Assembly: GCA_964530225.1 (NCBI GenBank)
Contig: CAZHBA010000057.1
Location: 553-64,552, forward strand
Length of the DNA: 64,000 bases
Direction of reading: 5' to 3'
Source: an uncultured Rhodospirillaceae bacterium
GTDB taxonomy: Bacteria; Pseudomonadota; Alphaproteobacteria; UBA6615
Each line of letters opens with the position of its first letter. Within the stretch, counting starts at the first letter, position 1. The position numbers were made by a program, and so were the translations under genes. Below, in pieces: positions 41,419-51,891 of this stretch. The notes below the pieces were generated by a model. It saw only the letters and a list, made by a program, of their open reading frames with translations, had not been told where the DNA came from and made no database searches.

Positions 41419-42420
41419 TTAATCCAGTTTCGCGACGAGCGCGGCGACGCCGTCGATCACCGGGTCAACCGCAGGCAAGCCCGTCCGCGCTGCTATATTG
41501 GCCAGGCAACTCCGGCGCTCATCTTCACTGGCCAGGCCCGAGGTATTCACCGCAACGCCGATACATACCGCGTCGGGATTGGTTAGCCGCGCGGCGCCGA
41601 TATGCCCGTCTATGCAGGTCTGGATGTCAGGCAGCGGTTGATGGGGTAATCCGCGCATGTGTGTGCGTGTCGGCTCGTGGCAAACCACCAGCACGTCCGG
41701 CTGCGCGCCATGCACCAGCCCCATGGTGACGCCGGCATATGAGGGATGAAACAACGAGCCCTGGCCCTCGACCAGATCCCAGTGATCGGCGTCGCTGGCC
41801 GGTGTCAGCCATTCGGTGGCACCAGAGATAAAATCCGATACTACCGCGTCCACCGATACGCCTTCACCGGCAATGAAAATTCCGGTCTGGCCAGTGGCGC
41901 GAAAATCGGCCTTCACATTGCGCAACTGCAATTCGTGACCGATAGCCAACGCGGCATACATTTTACCGACCGAACAATCGGTGCCAACGGTGAGTAGACG
42001 CTTGCCCGAGCGTCGCGCACCGGAACCGACGCTGAACGTCTGCGTCGGGTGGCGCACATCGAACAATTGGCGGTTATTGGCTACCACAGCATCGGCGACG
42101 GTCTCGATATCGGCGACCTTCTGATGCAGCCCGGCAGCAATATCCATGCCAGCCTCCAGCGCATCCACCATCGTCGGCACCCAGGATTCGGGGATCACAC
42201 CGCCACGATTGGCCACCCCAATTACCATCGTGCGGCACCCGACGGCAACGGCCTCGGCAATGGTCATATCCGGCAGACTCAGATCGGCGCGACAGCCCGG
42301 TAACCGAAACTGTCCGAGGCACCAATCACGCCGCCAATGGACGATCCCGCTCGCAGTTTTTGCCGCCAGTTGGTCCGGCGCATCACCGAGAAACATCAGA
42401 TAGGGGTATTCTATTTTCAT
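41419..42420 (-). CDS. DUF1611-family protein (DgcN-like putative N-acetyltransferase).
   Basis: 333 aa with a Walker-A-like segment GTDCSVGKM in the C-terminal half and a CoA-binding-like N-terminal half, as described for DUF1611. Paired with the enolase-superfamily epimerase 10 nt downstream. Confidence 0.55.
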   Translation of the reverse strand: MKIEYPYLMFLGDAPDQLAAKTASGIVHWRRDWCLGQFRLPGCRADLSLPDMTIAEAVAVGCRTMVIGVANRGGVIPESWVPTMVDALEAGMDIAAGLHQKVADIETVADAVVANNRQLFDVRHPTQTFSVGSGARRSGKRLLTVGTDCSVGKMYAALAIGHELQLRNVKADFRATGQTGIFIAGEGVSVDAVVSDFISGATEWLTPASDADHWDLVEGQGSLFHPSYAGVTMGLVHGAQPDVLVVCHEPTRTHMRGLPHQPLPDIQTCIDGHIGAARLTNPDAVCIGVAVNTSGLASEDERRSCLANIAARTGLPAVDPVIDGVAALVAKLD

Positions 42421-42495
42421 CGGTCTCCCGTTGCCGCAAGCCCTGTACGGAGGCTAAGTTCGCTCCAGCAATCCGGCCCCCTCGAAAGGCAAGTT

Positions 42496-44307
42496 ATGTT
42501 TACCACACGACCCGAAATTCGTGGCACATTTGGGATGGTCGCGTCGACCCACTATCTGGCCACCATGGCTGGCTGGGCAATGCTGGAAAAAGGCGGCAAC
42601 GCCTTCGATGCCGCCGTCGCCACCGGGTTGGCGCTACAGATCGTCCATCCCTACCAGAACGGCCCCGGCGGCGATCTTCCCATCGTTTTACACAACGCAA
42701 CGACTGGCAAGACCGAAGCTATCTGCGGCCAGGGCGTGTCACCGCAGGCGGCGACTCTCGAGCGGTTCCAACAAATGGGTCTCGATCTCATTCCCGGCAC
42801 CGGATTGCTGGCACCGTGTGTGCCGGGCGCCTTCGGCGCCTGGATGGTGCTGCTGCGCGATTACGGCACCCTGAGCCTGAGCGACGTTATGCAACCCGCC
42901 ATCGATTATGCTCGCGACGGCTATGCCGTGATGCCGATGATGCGCACGATAATCGACAATGTCGCCGAACTGTTCCGTAGCGCCTGGCACACGTCCGCGG
43001 CAACGTATCTGATCAACGGTGAGCCGCCAGAAGTGGGTACACTGCACAGCAATCCGGTCTTAGCCGAAACCTACGCACGCCTATTGCGCGAGGCCGAAGC
43101 CCAGGACGGTAGCCGCGAGAACGTGGTCGAGGCTGGGCGGCGTGTGTTCTACGAGGGTTTTATCGCCGAGGAAATAGACCGCTTCTGCCGCAAAACCGAA
43201 TGGCTCGACAGCTCCGGCGAGGTGCACGGCGGCTTGTTGACCGGCGACGATATGGTGCATTGGCGGCCCACCATCGAGGCGCCGGCGACCTACGACTATC
43301 ACGGCTATACCTTGTGCAAACCCGGTCCGTGGAGCCAGGGCCCGGTGTTCCTGCAGCAATTGGCTCTGCTCAAGGGTTTCGACTTGGCGGCGATGGACCC
43401 GGTAGGGCCGGACTTCATTCACACCCAAGTGGAATGCGCCAAGCTGGCGCTCGCCGACCGGGAAGCCTGGTACGGTGATCCCGACGTGCACGACATTCCG
43501 CTGCAAAGCTTGTTATCGGAAAACTACAACGATGCGCGGCGCGGCCTGATCGAGACCCAAGCGTCCACTGAGTTACGCCCCGGCAGCCCCGACGGCCGCG
43601 ACCCCCATCTCGCCGAATTCGCAACACTCGATCCTGATCAAGACGAAGTTTTACCAGCCGGAGCCGGCGAACCCAATACGGCACGCAGCGTGGCCAACGA
43701 CCATGGGCCTGCCAACGGCGATACGGTGCATCTCGACGCCACCGACCGGTTTGGCAACATGATCACCTGCATGCCGAGCGGCGGCTGGTTACAATCGTCG
43801 CCGGTGATACCGGCGCTGGGGTTCTGTCTGGGCACGCGCGCGCAGATGTTTTGGCTGCAGGAAGGCTTCCCGACGACGCTACAACCGGGTATCCGTCCGC
43901 GAACCACCCTGAGCCCGACGCTAGCACTGCACGACGGCTCACCGGCATTGGCGTTCGGCACGCCCGGCGGTGACGCTCAGGACCAGTGGGGATTAACCCT
44001 ATTCCTGCGCCACATCCATCACGGCATGGACCTGCAAGAAGCCATCGACGCGCCCAACTTCCATACCGATCACCTACCATCGAGCTTCTATCCGCGCACT
44101 TTCCAGCCCGCTGTGGTCAAGGCCGAAGGCCGGCTGCCGCAGGAAACTATCGACGTCTTGCGAAACCGGGGCCATCGTATGGAAATCGTCGACGACTGGG
44201 CGCTCGGCCGCTTGTGCGCGGTCGGTCGCGAGAAAACCGATGGTGGCTGGCTTCTCAAGGCCGCTGCCCATCCGCGCTTTCAAGAGGCCTACGCCGTTGG
44301 CCGTTAG
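42496..44307 (+). CDS. ggt: Gamma-glutamyltransferase family protein.
   Basis: GGT fold; 603 aa from MFTTRPEIRG. A Thr nucleophile region is present. The track ORF start (42337) is an upstream over-extension. Confidence 0.85.
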   Translation: MFTTRPEIRGTFGMVASTHYLATMAGWAMLEKGGNAFDAAVATGLALQIVHPYQNGPGGDLPIVLHNATTGKTEAICGQGVSPQAATLERFQQMGLDLIPGTGLLAPCVPGAFGAWMVLLRDYGTLSLSDVMQPAIDYARDGYAVMPMMRTIIDNVAELFRSAWHTSAATYLINGEPPEVGTLHSNPVLAETYARLLREAEAQDGSRENVVEAGRRVFYEGFIAEEIDRFCRKTEWLDSSGEVHGGLLTGDDMVHWRPTIEAPATYDYHGYTLCKPGPWSQGPVFLQQLALLKGFDLAAMDPVGPDFIHTQVECAKLALADREAWYGDPDVHDIPLQSLLSENYNDARRGLIETQASTELRPGSPDGRDPHLAEFATLDPDQDEVLPAGAGEPNTARSVANDHGPANGDTVHLDATDRFGNMITCMPSGGWLQSSPVIPALGFCLGTRAQMFWLQEGFPTTLQPGIRPRTTLSPTLALHDGSPALAFGTPGGDAQDQWGLTLFLRHIHHGMDLQEAIDAPNFHTDHLPSSFYPRTFQPAVVKAEGRLPQETIDVLRNRGHRMEIVDDWALGRLCAVGREKTDGGWLLKAAAHPRFQEAYAVGR

Positions 44308-44325
44308 CGGTCCCCCGTTGCCAGC

Positions 44326-45687
44326 ATGACCACGACCACAAACAACGCCATCGGCTTGACCGACGGCCTGCGCAACGGCCCCTACCGCCGCATCTGGAAA
44401 CTGTCGTGGCCGACCATCCTATCGAACCTCACAGTGCCGCTGCTCGGCGCCGTCGACACCGCGGTAATGGGGCATTTGCCCGACGCCGCCTATGTGGGTG
44501 CGGTGGCGGTGGGGGCGATGGTTTTCAGCTTCGTCTATTGGGGCTTCGGTTTCCTCAACATGGGTACCGTTGGCTTCGCCGCCCAAGCGAAAGGCAGCGA
44601 CGACACCGACGAGATTAGGGCTGTTCTCGCCCGCGCATTGTTAGTCGGCCTGGGGCTCGCTGCTGTTATTCTTGTACTACAATTTCCAGTGCGGCTGGGC
44701 GCGCTGACGATTATCGATGCGGAACCACAGGTAGAACAATTAGCGAGCGCTTATTTCGACGTTCGTGTGTGGGGAGCACCGGCGACTCTGGCCAATTACG
44801 GGCTACTGGGTTGGCTGTTGGGCATGCAGTATGTGCGCACGGCCCTCATCGTTCAGGTTCTCATCAACGGTCTGAACGTCGTCCTCGATCTATGGTTCGT
44901 CCTCGATCTCGGTTGGGGCGTCGAGGGAGTAGCTCTGGCGACGGCGATTGCCCAATACGCTGGCGCGTTTCTGGGATTGTTCTTCGTGCTGCGTCACCTC
45001 AAGGTCATCGGCGGGCGTTGGCAGTGTGCAAAAATTCTCGAACCGGTAGCGTTGGCCGAGACCTTTCGGGTAAACCGCGACATTTTTTTGCGCACGCTGG
45101 CGATGATCTTCGCCTGGTCGTTACTCACCTGGACCGGTGCGCGATTGGGCACGACGGCATTAGCGGCAAATGCTATTTTGATGAACTTCCAACTGTTTCT
45201 GGCCCACGGGCTGGACGGTTTCGCCCATGCCACTTCGGCATTGGTCGGCGAAGCGGTCGGCGCCCGCGACCATCGGATGCTGCGCCGCTGCGTTGTCGCC
45301 ACCACTGTCATGGCAATCGTTGTGGCAACCGGCTATACGCTGGTCTATGCCAGTGCCGGCCCGGCGATTATCAGGACGTTCACCACCATCGCTGAGCTAC
45401 GCACGTTCTCGTCCAACTATTTGATCTGGATCGTCATCTCGCCGTTGCTGTCAGTATGGGCCTATCAACTCGACGGCATATTTATCGGCGCTACGCGGTC
45501 CGCCGACATGCGCAACGCCATGGTGATATCAGTGGCGATCTACGTCACAGCAATGGCGACGTTGACCGGGACCTTGGGTAATCACGGCCTGTGGCTATCG
45601 GTGATGATCTTCATGGTCGCGCGGGCGCTGACGCTGGCGGTGCATTACCCCAATATCGAGAAAATGGCTGCCGCTAACACTAACTAA
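44326..45687 (+). CDS. MATE-family efflux transporter.
   Basis: 12-TM protein with a MatE-repeat N-terminus (WPTILSNLTVPLLGAVDTAVMGHL). Confidence 0.85.
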   Translation: MTTTTNNAIGLTDGLRNGPYRRIWKLSWPTILSNLTVPLLGAVDTAVMGHLPDAAYVGAVAVGAMVFSFVYWGFGFLNMGTVGFAAQAKGSDDTDEIRAVLARALLVGLGLAAVILVLQFPVRLGALTIIDAEPQVEQLASAYFDVRVWGAPATLANYGLLGWLLGMQYVRTALIVQVLINGLNVVLDLWFVLDLGWGVEGVALATAIAQYAGAFLGLFFVLRHLKVIGGRWQCAKILEPVALAETFRVNRDIFLRTLAMIFAWSLLTWTGARLGTTALAANAILMNFQLFLAHGLDGFAHATSALVGEAVGARDHRMLRRCVVATTVMAIVVATGYTLVYASAGPAIIRTFTTIAELRTFSSNYLIWIVISPLLSVWAYQLDGIFIGATRSADMRNAMVISVAIYVTAMATLTGTLGNHGLWLSVMIFMVARALTLAVHYPNIEKMAAANTN

Positions 45688-45828
45688 ATATGGCACCCGT
45701 TAACGGAATATTGACGCAAACCGTTGAAATCATGGATTGACACGTGAATCGCTCGCAAGCATGTTCTGGCGTTCCGTCGGAACGGTGTTTATGCAACGCC
45801 AACGGTTGAGTTCAGACAAAGGTCGTAG

Positions 45829-47214
45829 ATGGGCCGAGAGTCCAAGTTCGGTTGGCCGTTAAAACCCCGCGCGATGGCAATCGTCGGTGGTTTGGCAATC
45901 GCCGTTCCAGTGTTTGCGTTCGTTGGTGGTTTCTTCGCCGGGCAAAACGCCGCTGGGCCGCCGGGTGAAGTCGACAACCAAGTCGATACACTCACCCACG
46001 TCCAGTCCACCGCCATATGGGAAGCCGAGGCGGACCATCAGCCGCCGGTGCCCATTACCCGCGTCGTCGCGGTCGAAAGCGGCGATAACCTCGTGGGAGT
46101 TTTGTTGCGCGCCGGCGTCGAACGAACCGTGGCTTATGCAGCGATCCAGTCGCTCAAGAGAAGTTACGACCCCAGGCGCGACTTGAGCGTCGGCGACAAG
46201 TTGCAGGTGACTTTCGGTCTCGTCAACACCAGCGAAACTTCGAACGAGCCCGAAGGTTATGTTCTTTCGCGTCTGACCATTCCCGTCTCCTACGACAGGG
46301 AAATCGATGTCAGCCGCGACAACAAAGGTAGGTTCGTCGCCAGCGAGGTCGAACGCCCTCTCGAACGCGAAACCGTGCAGGTGTCGGGCAAAATAGACAC
46401 AAGCCTATCCGTGGCCGCCGGCGCAATCGGCCTGCCGCCACACGTGCTGGCCGAGTTCATCCGCGTCTACAGCTTCGATGTCGATTTCCAACGGGATATC
46501 TGGCAGGGCGACCACTTCGAGCTGATGTATGATCAGTTTCGCGATAAAACCGGCGAAATCGTCCACGAAAGCGACATCCACTACGCCAAATTGACCCTAC
46601 GTAGCACCGAGCTGCCGTTGTACCGTTACACGACGACGAGGGGAAATTTGGATTACTTCACCGCCAAAGGCCAGAGCGTGCGTAAGACGCTTATGCGCAC
46701 ACCGATCGACGGGGCGCGACTATCGTCGCGCTTTGGTCGACGCCAGCATCCGATACTCGGTTACACGCGCATGCACACCGGCACCGATTTCGCCGCGCCG
46801 CGCGGCACACCGATTTACGCCGCCGGCAACGGCACCGTCGTCCAGGTGGGCCGCAACGGCGGCTACGGTAAGTATGTCCGCATCCGCCACAATGGAACCT
46901 TCCAGACCGCTTATGCGCATCTGTCGGGGTACGCTAGAAAGACCCGCAGAGGTGTGCGCGTGAAGCAGGGCCAGATTATTGGCTATGTCGGGTCCACGGG
47001 GCGGTCGACCGGTCCCCACCTGCATTACGAAGTTCTGCGCAATGGCCGCCAGATTAATCCCCGCAGCGTCCGCATTCCCAGCGGCGAGAAGCTAAAAGGC
47101 GCCGAATTGAAGAAATTCATTGCCCTGCGTGATACCAGGGATACGCAGTTCGCGCGGTTGCGTGACGCCGCGGTGCGGCTTGCCGAAAACAAGGCCGGCG
47201 CAATCCAAAAATAA
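45829..47214 (+). CDS. M23-family metallopeptidase.
   Basis: Zn-binding HxxxD (HTGTDFAA) and HxH (HLHYEV) motifs in the C-terminal LytM domain. Confidence 0.8.
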   Translation: MGRESKFGWPLKPRAMAIVGGLAIAVPVFAFVGGFFAGQNAAGPPGEVDNQVDTLTHVQSTAIWEAEADHQPPVPITRVVAVESGDNLVGVLLRAGVERTVAYAAIQSLKRSYDPRRDLSVGDKLQVTFGLVNTSETSNEPEGYVLSRLTIPVSYDREIDVSRDNKGRFVASEVERPLERETVQVSGKIDTSLSVAAGAIGLPPHVLAEFIRVYSFDVDFQRDIWQGDHFELMYDQFRDKTGEIVHESDIHYAKLTLRSTELPLYRYTTTRGNLDYFTAKGQSVRKTLMRTPIDGARLSSRFGRRQHPILGYTRMHTGTDFAAPRGTPIYAAGNGTVVQVGRNGGYGKYVRIRHNGTFQTAYAHLSGYARKTRRGVRVKQGQIIGYVGSTGRSTGPHLHYEVLRNGRQINPRSVRIPSGEKLKGAELKKFIALRDTRDTQFARLRDAAVRLAENKAGAIQK

Positions 47215-47223
47215 GTAAACGCT

Positions 47224-47934
47224 CTAAGGGTTGATTTGATCATAGGTGGTGCGGCCAGACCCCTCGTTGATAAAGTGATCTTTGACCTCGCTTGGTAAGA
47301 AGCTCGCTTTTACGCAGACCTCCAATAGTAAACGCGATGGCTGGAACCTGGTGGTATAGCCCATTGAAATCTCAGAGCGGTCAAAGAAGCCTTGAGCCAC
47401 TCTCTCTATGAGACCCAGCGCTTCAAAGCCTCTCAGAACCGCTATGAAGTTTCTATACGAGACCTCAGAACCAGTGAACTCGCTTGGGCCGAGTGGTTGA
47501 TAAGACAGTGAGGAGAGTTCTCTGCCATGTCCCAGCAATAGGTCAGCTATTACAGCTGCTACAGCGCGCTCAAATTGTTCCCGCTTTTGTCCCCTGCGAC
47601 CCCTTTTGCGCTGAGGGTCTGCTGCCGTGGCCTCAGCTGCGAGCAGTTGGCATAAAGAACGAGCAGTATCCGAAGCAGCCACATGGTCCAAGGCCATGTA
47701 TCTCGCATTCAGAAGCTCTGTGAGCCTGTCCTCGTTGATTCCACGGCGATCACTATGGTCACCGTCACCCATGTCACTATTGTCAGTTGGGGATAGGTAT
47801 AGGTTCGTCACGTTGAGCCTCTTTTGGTCACTTGGTTGGGGAGGGAATAAACACAAGGAATACACACAAGGAATACGCATGGAGACTCTGTTGGAGCCCC
47901 GTGGGATAACTCGTAACGTTATTGAGAAACACAA
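47224..47934 (-). CDS. Hypothetical protein in a low-GC islet.
   Basis: 236-aa ORF in ~50% GC DNA. No homology is recognised. A perfect 13-bp tandem repeat, acacaaggaatac x2, lies at 47851-47876 near its 5' end. Confidence 0.4.
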   Translation of the reverse strand: MCFSITLRVIPRGSNRVSMRIPCVYSLCLFPPQPSDQKRLNVTNLYLSPTDNSDMGDGDHSDRRGINEDRLTELLNARYMALDHVAASDTARSLCQLLAAEATAADPQRKRGRRGQKREQFERAVAAVIADLLLGHGRELSSLSYQPLGPSEFTGSEVSYRNFIAVLRGFEALGLIERVAQGFFDRSEISMGYTTRFQPSRLLLEVCVKASFLPSEVKDHFINEGSGRTTYDQINP

Positions 47935-47936
47935 AG

Positions 47937-48683
47937 CTTAGCTCCCGACGGAGAACGAACCGGACTTCTGCTGTTCCTTGAGTTCTTCGACGAACTCTTC
48001 GGCTGGACCATAGCCAGCCTGGTAGGCCTCGTTGATCCAATAGAGGCCTTCATCTTCGTCTTCTTCAGAGTTGATACCGAACAGCCGTATCATGCCCAGA
48101 GCGAACTGCGAGGGCTCATAGCCCCTTTCGGTAGCATCTGCATAAAGCTCGATCGCTTTCTGATTTTCAGCTTGCTCGATATCGTCGGGCCCTCTTCTGT
48201 ATTGAAAAGCAGTTGGGCTACACGGTACATGGAGCGTGGTTCTCCCGCCTCAGCAGCCTTTAGGAACCAAGTGAGGCCCTCAAAGAGGTCTTGTTCTACT
48301 CCATCGCCCGAGAACAGCATCTCACCGAGGTTGTACTGGGCACTCGCGACATCCTGCTCTGCTGCGTATCGGTATTCCGTAAGCGCTCGCTCTATATCGA
48401 CTTCGTAGCCCCGCTCACCGGAATGGTACCCGGTGGCAACGAAGAAGCTTGCCTCAGGGTTCCCTAGTGACGCAGAGGCCCGGCAGATAAAATTGCCTTT
48501 CTCATTGCAGGCCGTCTCGCCCTTGGCGTAGACCAACAGGGTCAGACCACCGAAGATTAGAGCAATGCGGAAGACGGCCGTTAGCGCCGAGTAGGCGACC
48601 AAGTTATAGAGCGTTCTCACCAGCACCTCCTTGGCGACTCTATGAGGCCCGTAGACGCGCTTTGGGGCCTCGGTGGCCCCCAT
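47937..48683 (-). pseudogene. Sel1-repeat (TPR-like) protein interrupted by a frameshift near 48165-48175.
   Basis: Sel1 motifs (AQYNLGEMLFSGDGVEQD...KAAEAG) in the 48090-48683 frame continue in a second frame as AENQKAIELYADATERGYEPSQFALGMIRLFGINSEEDEDEGLYWINEAYQAGY, ending at a TAA at 47937-47939. Confidence 0.5.
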
Positions 48684-48992
48684 TGTGGGGTCGGGAGAGT
48701 TCAGGGAGTCCTCACGACGCTCCTGAGGCCGTTACAGGTATGGCTGCAACGCTTGCTCAGGTAATGGAAGGAGAGAGCAGTGAGCGAGCGATGACGATTA
48801 GATCATCGTTGTTCAGAAGGGCAGCAGTAAGGCACAAGTTGGGCGATTTTTTGTGAGCGGCCCAAGTTGACGTTCTGCTATAGAGTTTCAGGATCCTCAC
48901 AAACAGATCAGCAGAGGTTTTATTCCCCCAGAATCCAGCCGCCACCGAAAACGCGGCCTCCAGCAGCGGGTTTAGGCGACTTTCAGGGCCAA

Positions 48993-51593
48993 TTATTCAG
49001 CGGCTTTGGCGTGGAACGTCTCGCCATTAATCACCAGGCCATCGACTACGGCGCTCACATTGACCGTATTGCCTTCATTGATGCGACCTTCGAGCAATAG
49101 GCTGGCCAGCTGATTCTGCAGGCCGCGCTGGATCACGCGTTTGAGCGGCCGGGCACCATAAACCAAGTCGTAGCCGGCATCCGCAAGCCACTCGCGCGCG
49201 GCGGTATCAAGTTTCAGCGTCACCTTTCGCTCCGCCAGCAGTTCGCACAGCCGCGCCAGTTGGATATCGACAATGCCGCCCATCTGCGCCCGGTTGAGGC
49301 GGTGGAACAGCAAGGTCTCGTCTAGCCGGTTCAGAAACTCCGGCCGGAATGCACTGCGCACGACTGCCATCACTTGATCGCGAACCGCCTCACTGTCCTC
49401 GCCTTCCGGCTGATTGGCGAAAAATTCGCTACCTAGGTTCGAGGTCATGATAATCAGCGTGTTTTTGAAATCAACCGTTCGGCCGTGACCGTCAGTCAAC
49501 CTGCCGTCATCGAGGACCTGCAAAAGAATATTGAAGGCATCGGGATGTGCTTTCTCGACCTCGTCGAACAGAACAACCTGGTAAGGACGGCGGCGCACCA
49601 CCTCGGTGAGGGCGCCACCCTCCTCATAGCCCACATAGCCCGGCGGGGCGCCAATGAGCCGGGCGACGGCGTGCTTTTCCATATACTCAGACATGTCGAT
49701 GCGCACCATCGCCTGCTCATCATCGAACAGGAATTCGGCCAGCGTCTTGGACAGCTCGGTCTTGCCAACACCGGTGGGGCCGAGGAACAGGAACGAGCCA
49801 ATCGGCCGATCCGGGTCTTGCAAACCGGCCCGCGCCCGGCGCACGGCGTTCGATATGGCGACAATCGCCTCTTCCTGGCCGATGACGCGGGCACCGAGCC
49901 CCGCTTCCATTTGGAGTAACTTTTCGCGCTCGCCCTCAAGCATCTTGTCGACCGGAATGCCTGTCCAGCGCGACACAATAGCGGCGATGTCGTTTTCCTT
50001 GACCTCTTCATCAAGCATGCGCTCGCTGGAAGCCTCTTCGGATTCGCCAAGGCTGCTTTCGAGTTCGGGAATTACGCTGTAGGCGAGCTGTCCAGCCCGT
50101 TCGAGTTGCCCTTCGCGCTGGGCGATTTCCAACTCCTGGCGCGCTTTATCTAGCTCCTCCTTGAGCTTTTGCGCGCCCGCGAGCTTTTCGCGCTCGGCCT
50201 GCCACACCGCGGTCAGATCGGCGGACTTGCCTTCAAGCCCGCTCAGCTCCCGCTCTAGGACCTCCAGCCTGTCCTTAGAGGCGGCATCAGATTCCTTTTT
50301 CAAAGCTTCGCGTTCGATTTTCAGTTGGATGATGCGGCGGTCGAGCTCGTCGACCTCCTCGGGCTTTGAATCGACTTCCATGCGCAAGCGTGAGGCGGCC
50401 TCGTCGACCAGATCGATAGCTTTGTCGGGCAAAAAGCGGTCGGAGATATAGCGGTTCGACATGGTTGCCGCCGCAACCAGCGCGCTGTCGGTAATACGCA
50501 CACCGTGGTGCAGCTCGTATTTTTCCTTCAGCCCGCGCAGGATCGAGACAGTGTCCTCGACCGAGGGTTCGGAGACAAACAATGGCTGGAATCGCCGCGC
50601 CAACGCGGCATCTTTTTCCACATGCTTGCGGTATTCGTCGAGTGTCGTGGCGCCGACACAGTGTAATTCACCGCGTGCCAGCGCCGGTTTCAGCATGTTC
50701 GAGGCATCCATCGAACCCTCCGCCGCACCGACGCCAACGATCGTGTGCATCTCGTCGATGAACAGAACGACTTCGCCTACGGCAGTGTCGATTTCCTCCA
50801 GGACCGCTTTCAGGCGCTCCTCGAATTCGCCGCGAAACTTGGCACCGGCGATAAGCGCGCCCATATCGAGGGACAAAAGACGCTTGTCGCGCAGGCTCTC
50901 CGGCACGTCGCCATTAACAATACGCAGGGCCAAGCCTTCGATGATCGCCGTCTTGCCAACGCCGGGTTCACCGATGAGGACCGGGTTATTCTTGGTACGC
51001 CGCGACAGCACCTGCACGGTACGGCGTATCTCTTCGTCGCGGCCGATTACCGGATCCAACCGGCCTTCGCGGGCCGCTTCCGTCAGGTCGAGGGTATATT
51101 TTTTCAACGCTTCGTAGGCATTTTCTGCCGTCGGTGAATCGGCCGTGCGGCCTTGACGCAACGCCTCGATCGCTCGGTTCAAATTCTGCGGTGTGGCACC
51201 AGCGCCAGCGAGGATTTTCGCCACCCCGCTGCCCGATGTCATCGCCAGAGCAAGCAGCATACGCTCGACGGTGACAAATTCATCACCGGCCTTTTTGGCG
51301 ATATCCTGCGCGCTCTTCAGATTTTTTGCTGCTTCCGACGCGATATAGACACCGCTGGCACCCTCGCCTTCGACCTTTGGCAACTTGTCGAGTGCGGTAT
51401 CGACTGCTGCCTCCGCGGCAACAGGATCTCCACCCGAGTTACGAATGAGGTTGGCGCACAGTCCTTCCTCGTCGTCGAGCAGGACTTTCAGAAGATGTTC
51501 GCTGGTCAGTTGCTGGTGGGACCGCCCGTCAGCCATATCGTGGGCTGCTTGGACAAAGCCCCGGGCGCGCTCGGTAAACGCTTCGAAGTTCAT
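48993..51593 (-). CDS. clpB: ATP-dependent chaperone ClpB.
   Basis: 866 aa with two AAA+ modules (Walker A GEPGVGKT and GPTGVGKT), a middle coiled-coil and a Clp_N domain. Confidence 0.95.
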   Translation of the reverse strand: MNFEAFTERARGFVQAAHDMADGRSHQQLTSEHLLKVLLDDEEGLCANLIRNSGGDPVAAEAAVDTALDKLPKVEGEGASGVYIASEAAKNLKSAQDIAKKAGDEFVTVERMLLALAMTSGSGVAKILAGAGATPQNLNRAIEALRQGRTADSPTAENAYEALKKYTLDLTEAAREGRLDPVIGRDEEIRRTVQVLSRRTKNNPVLIGEPGVGKTAIIEGLALRIVNGDVPESLRDKRLLSLDMGALIAGAKFRGEFEERLKAVLEEIDTAVGEVVLFIDEMHTIVGVGAAEGSMDASNMLKPALARGELHCVGATTLDEYRKHVEKDAALARRFQPLFVSEPSVEDTVSILRGLKEKYELHHGVRITDSALVAAATMSNRYISDRFLPDKAIDLVDEAASRLRMEVDSKPEEVDELDRRIIQLKIEREALKKESDAASKDRLEVLERELSGLEGKSADLTAVWQAEREKLAGAQKLKEELDKARQELEIAQREGQLERAGQLAYSVIPELESSLGESEEASSERMLDEEVKENDIAAIVSRWTGIPVDKMLEGEREKLLQMEAGLGARVIGQEEAIVAISNAVRRARAGLQDPDRPIGSFLFLGPTGVGKTELSKTLAEFLFDDEQAMVRIDMSEYMEKHAVARLIGAPPGYVGYEEGGALTEVVRRRPYQVVLFDEVEKAHPDAFNILLQVLDDGRLTDGHGRTVDFKNTLIIMTSNLGSEFFANQPEGEDSEAVRDQVMAVVRSAFRPEFLNRLDETLLFHRLNRAQMGGIVDIQLARLCELLAERKVTLKLDTAAREWLADAGYDLVYGARPLKRVIQRGLQNQLASLLLEGRINEGNTVNVSAVVDGLVINGETFHAKAAE

Positions 51594-51757
51594 TTTGCCC
51601 CTCTTTCGCCTTCCTCACCCGAGGCAAGGCATTCTGGCGGACCCAATATGCGGCATCCGCCCAAAGGAAACCATAATTTCGCCGGTGATCGAGGGTACCT
51701 GCAGACGATGCTCAAAGGCACCCGCACCTGCCAAAGGGCAGGCTAACCGGCGTCCTT

Positions 51758-51789
51758 AGATATGGTGTGGCTTTGCCGCAACACAAGCC
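51758..51789 (-). promoter_or_regulatory. Candidate sigma-32 (RpoH)-type promoter upstream of clpB.
   Basis: The minus strand reads CTTG-tgttgcggcaaagccaca-CCATATCT, close to the alphaproteobacterial sigma-32 consensus CTTG-N17/18-CYTATNT. It lies ~170 nt upstream of the clpB start. Confidence 0.35.
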
Positions 51790-51891
51790 ATGCATTCGCT
51801 AATTGTGCGACGCGGTAGCTACACAAAACCGAGCTATCCCGTGGTGCGTACAAGCGGTTAATAATCAATTTACCGAAACAAACTGGCCGCG

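Noticed and set aside
42337-42495. The 159-nt N-terminal extension of ggt shown in the ORF track (start at 42337).
   Set aside because: The extension is an Arg/Pro-rich translation of the divergent promoter region and overlaps the upstream DUF1611 gene on the other strand. The conserved GGT N-terminus begins at MFTTRPEIRG (42496).
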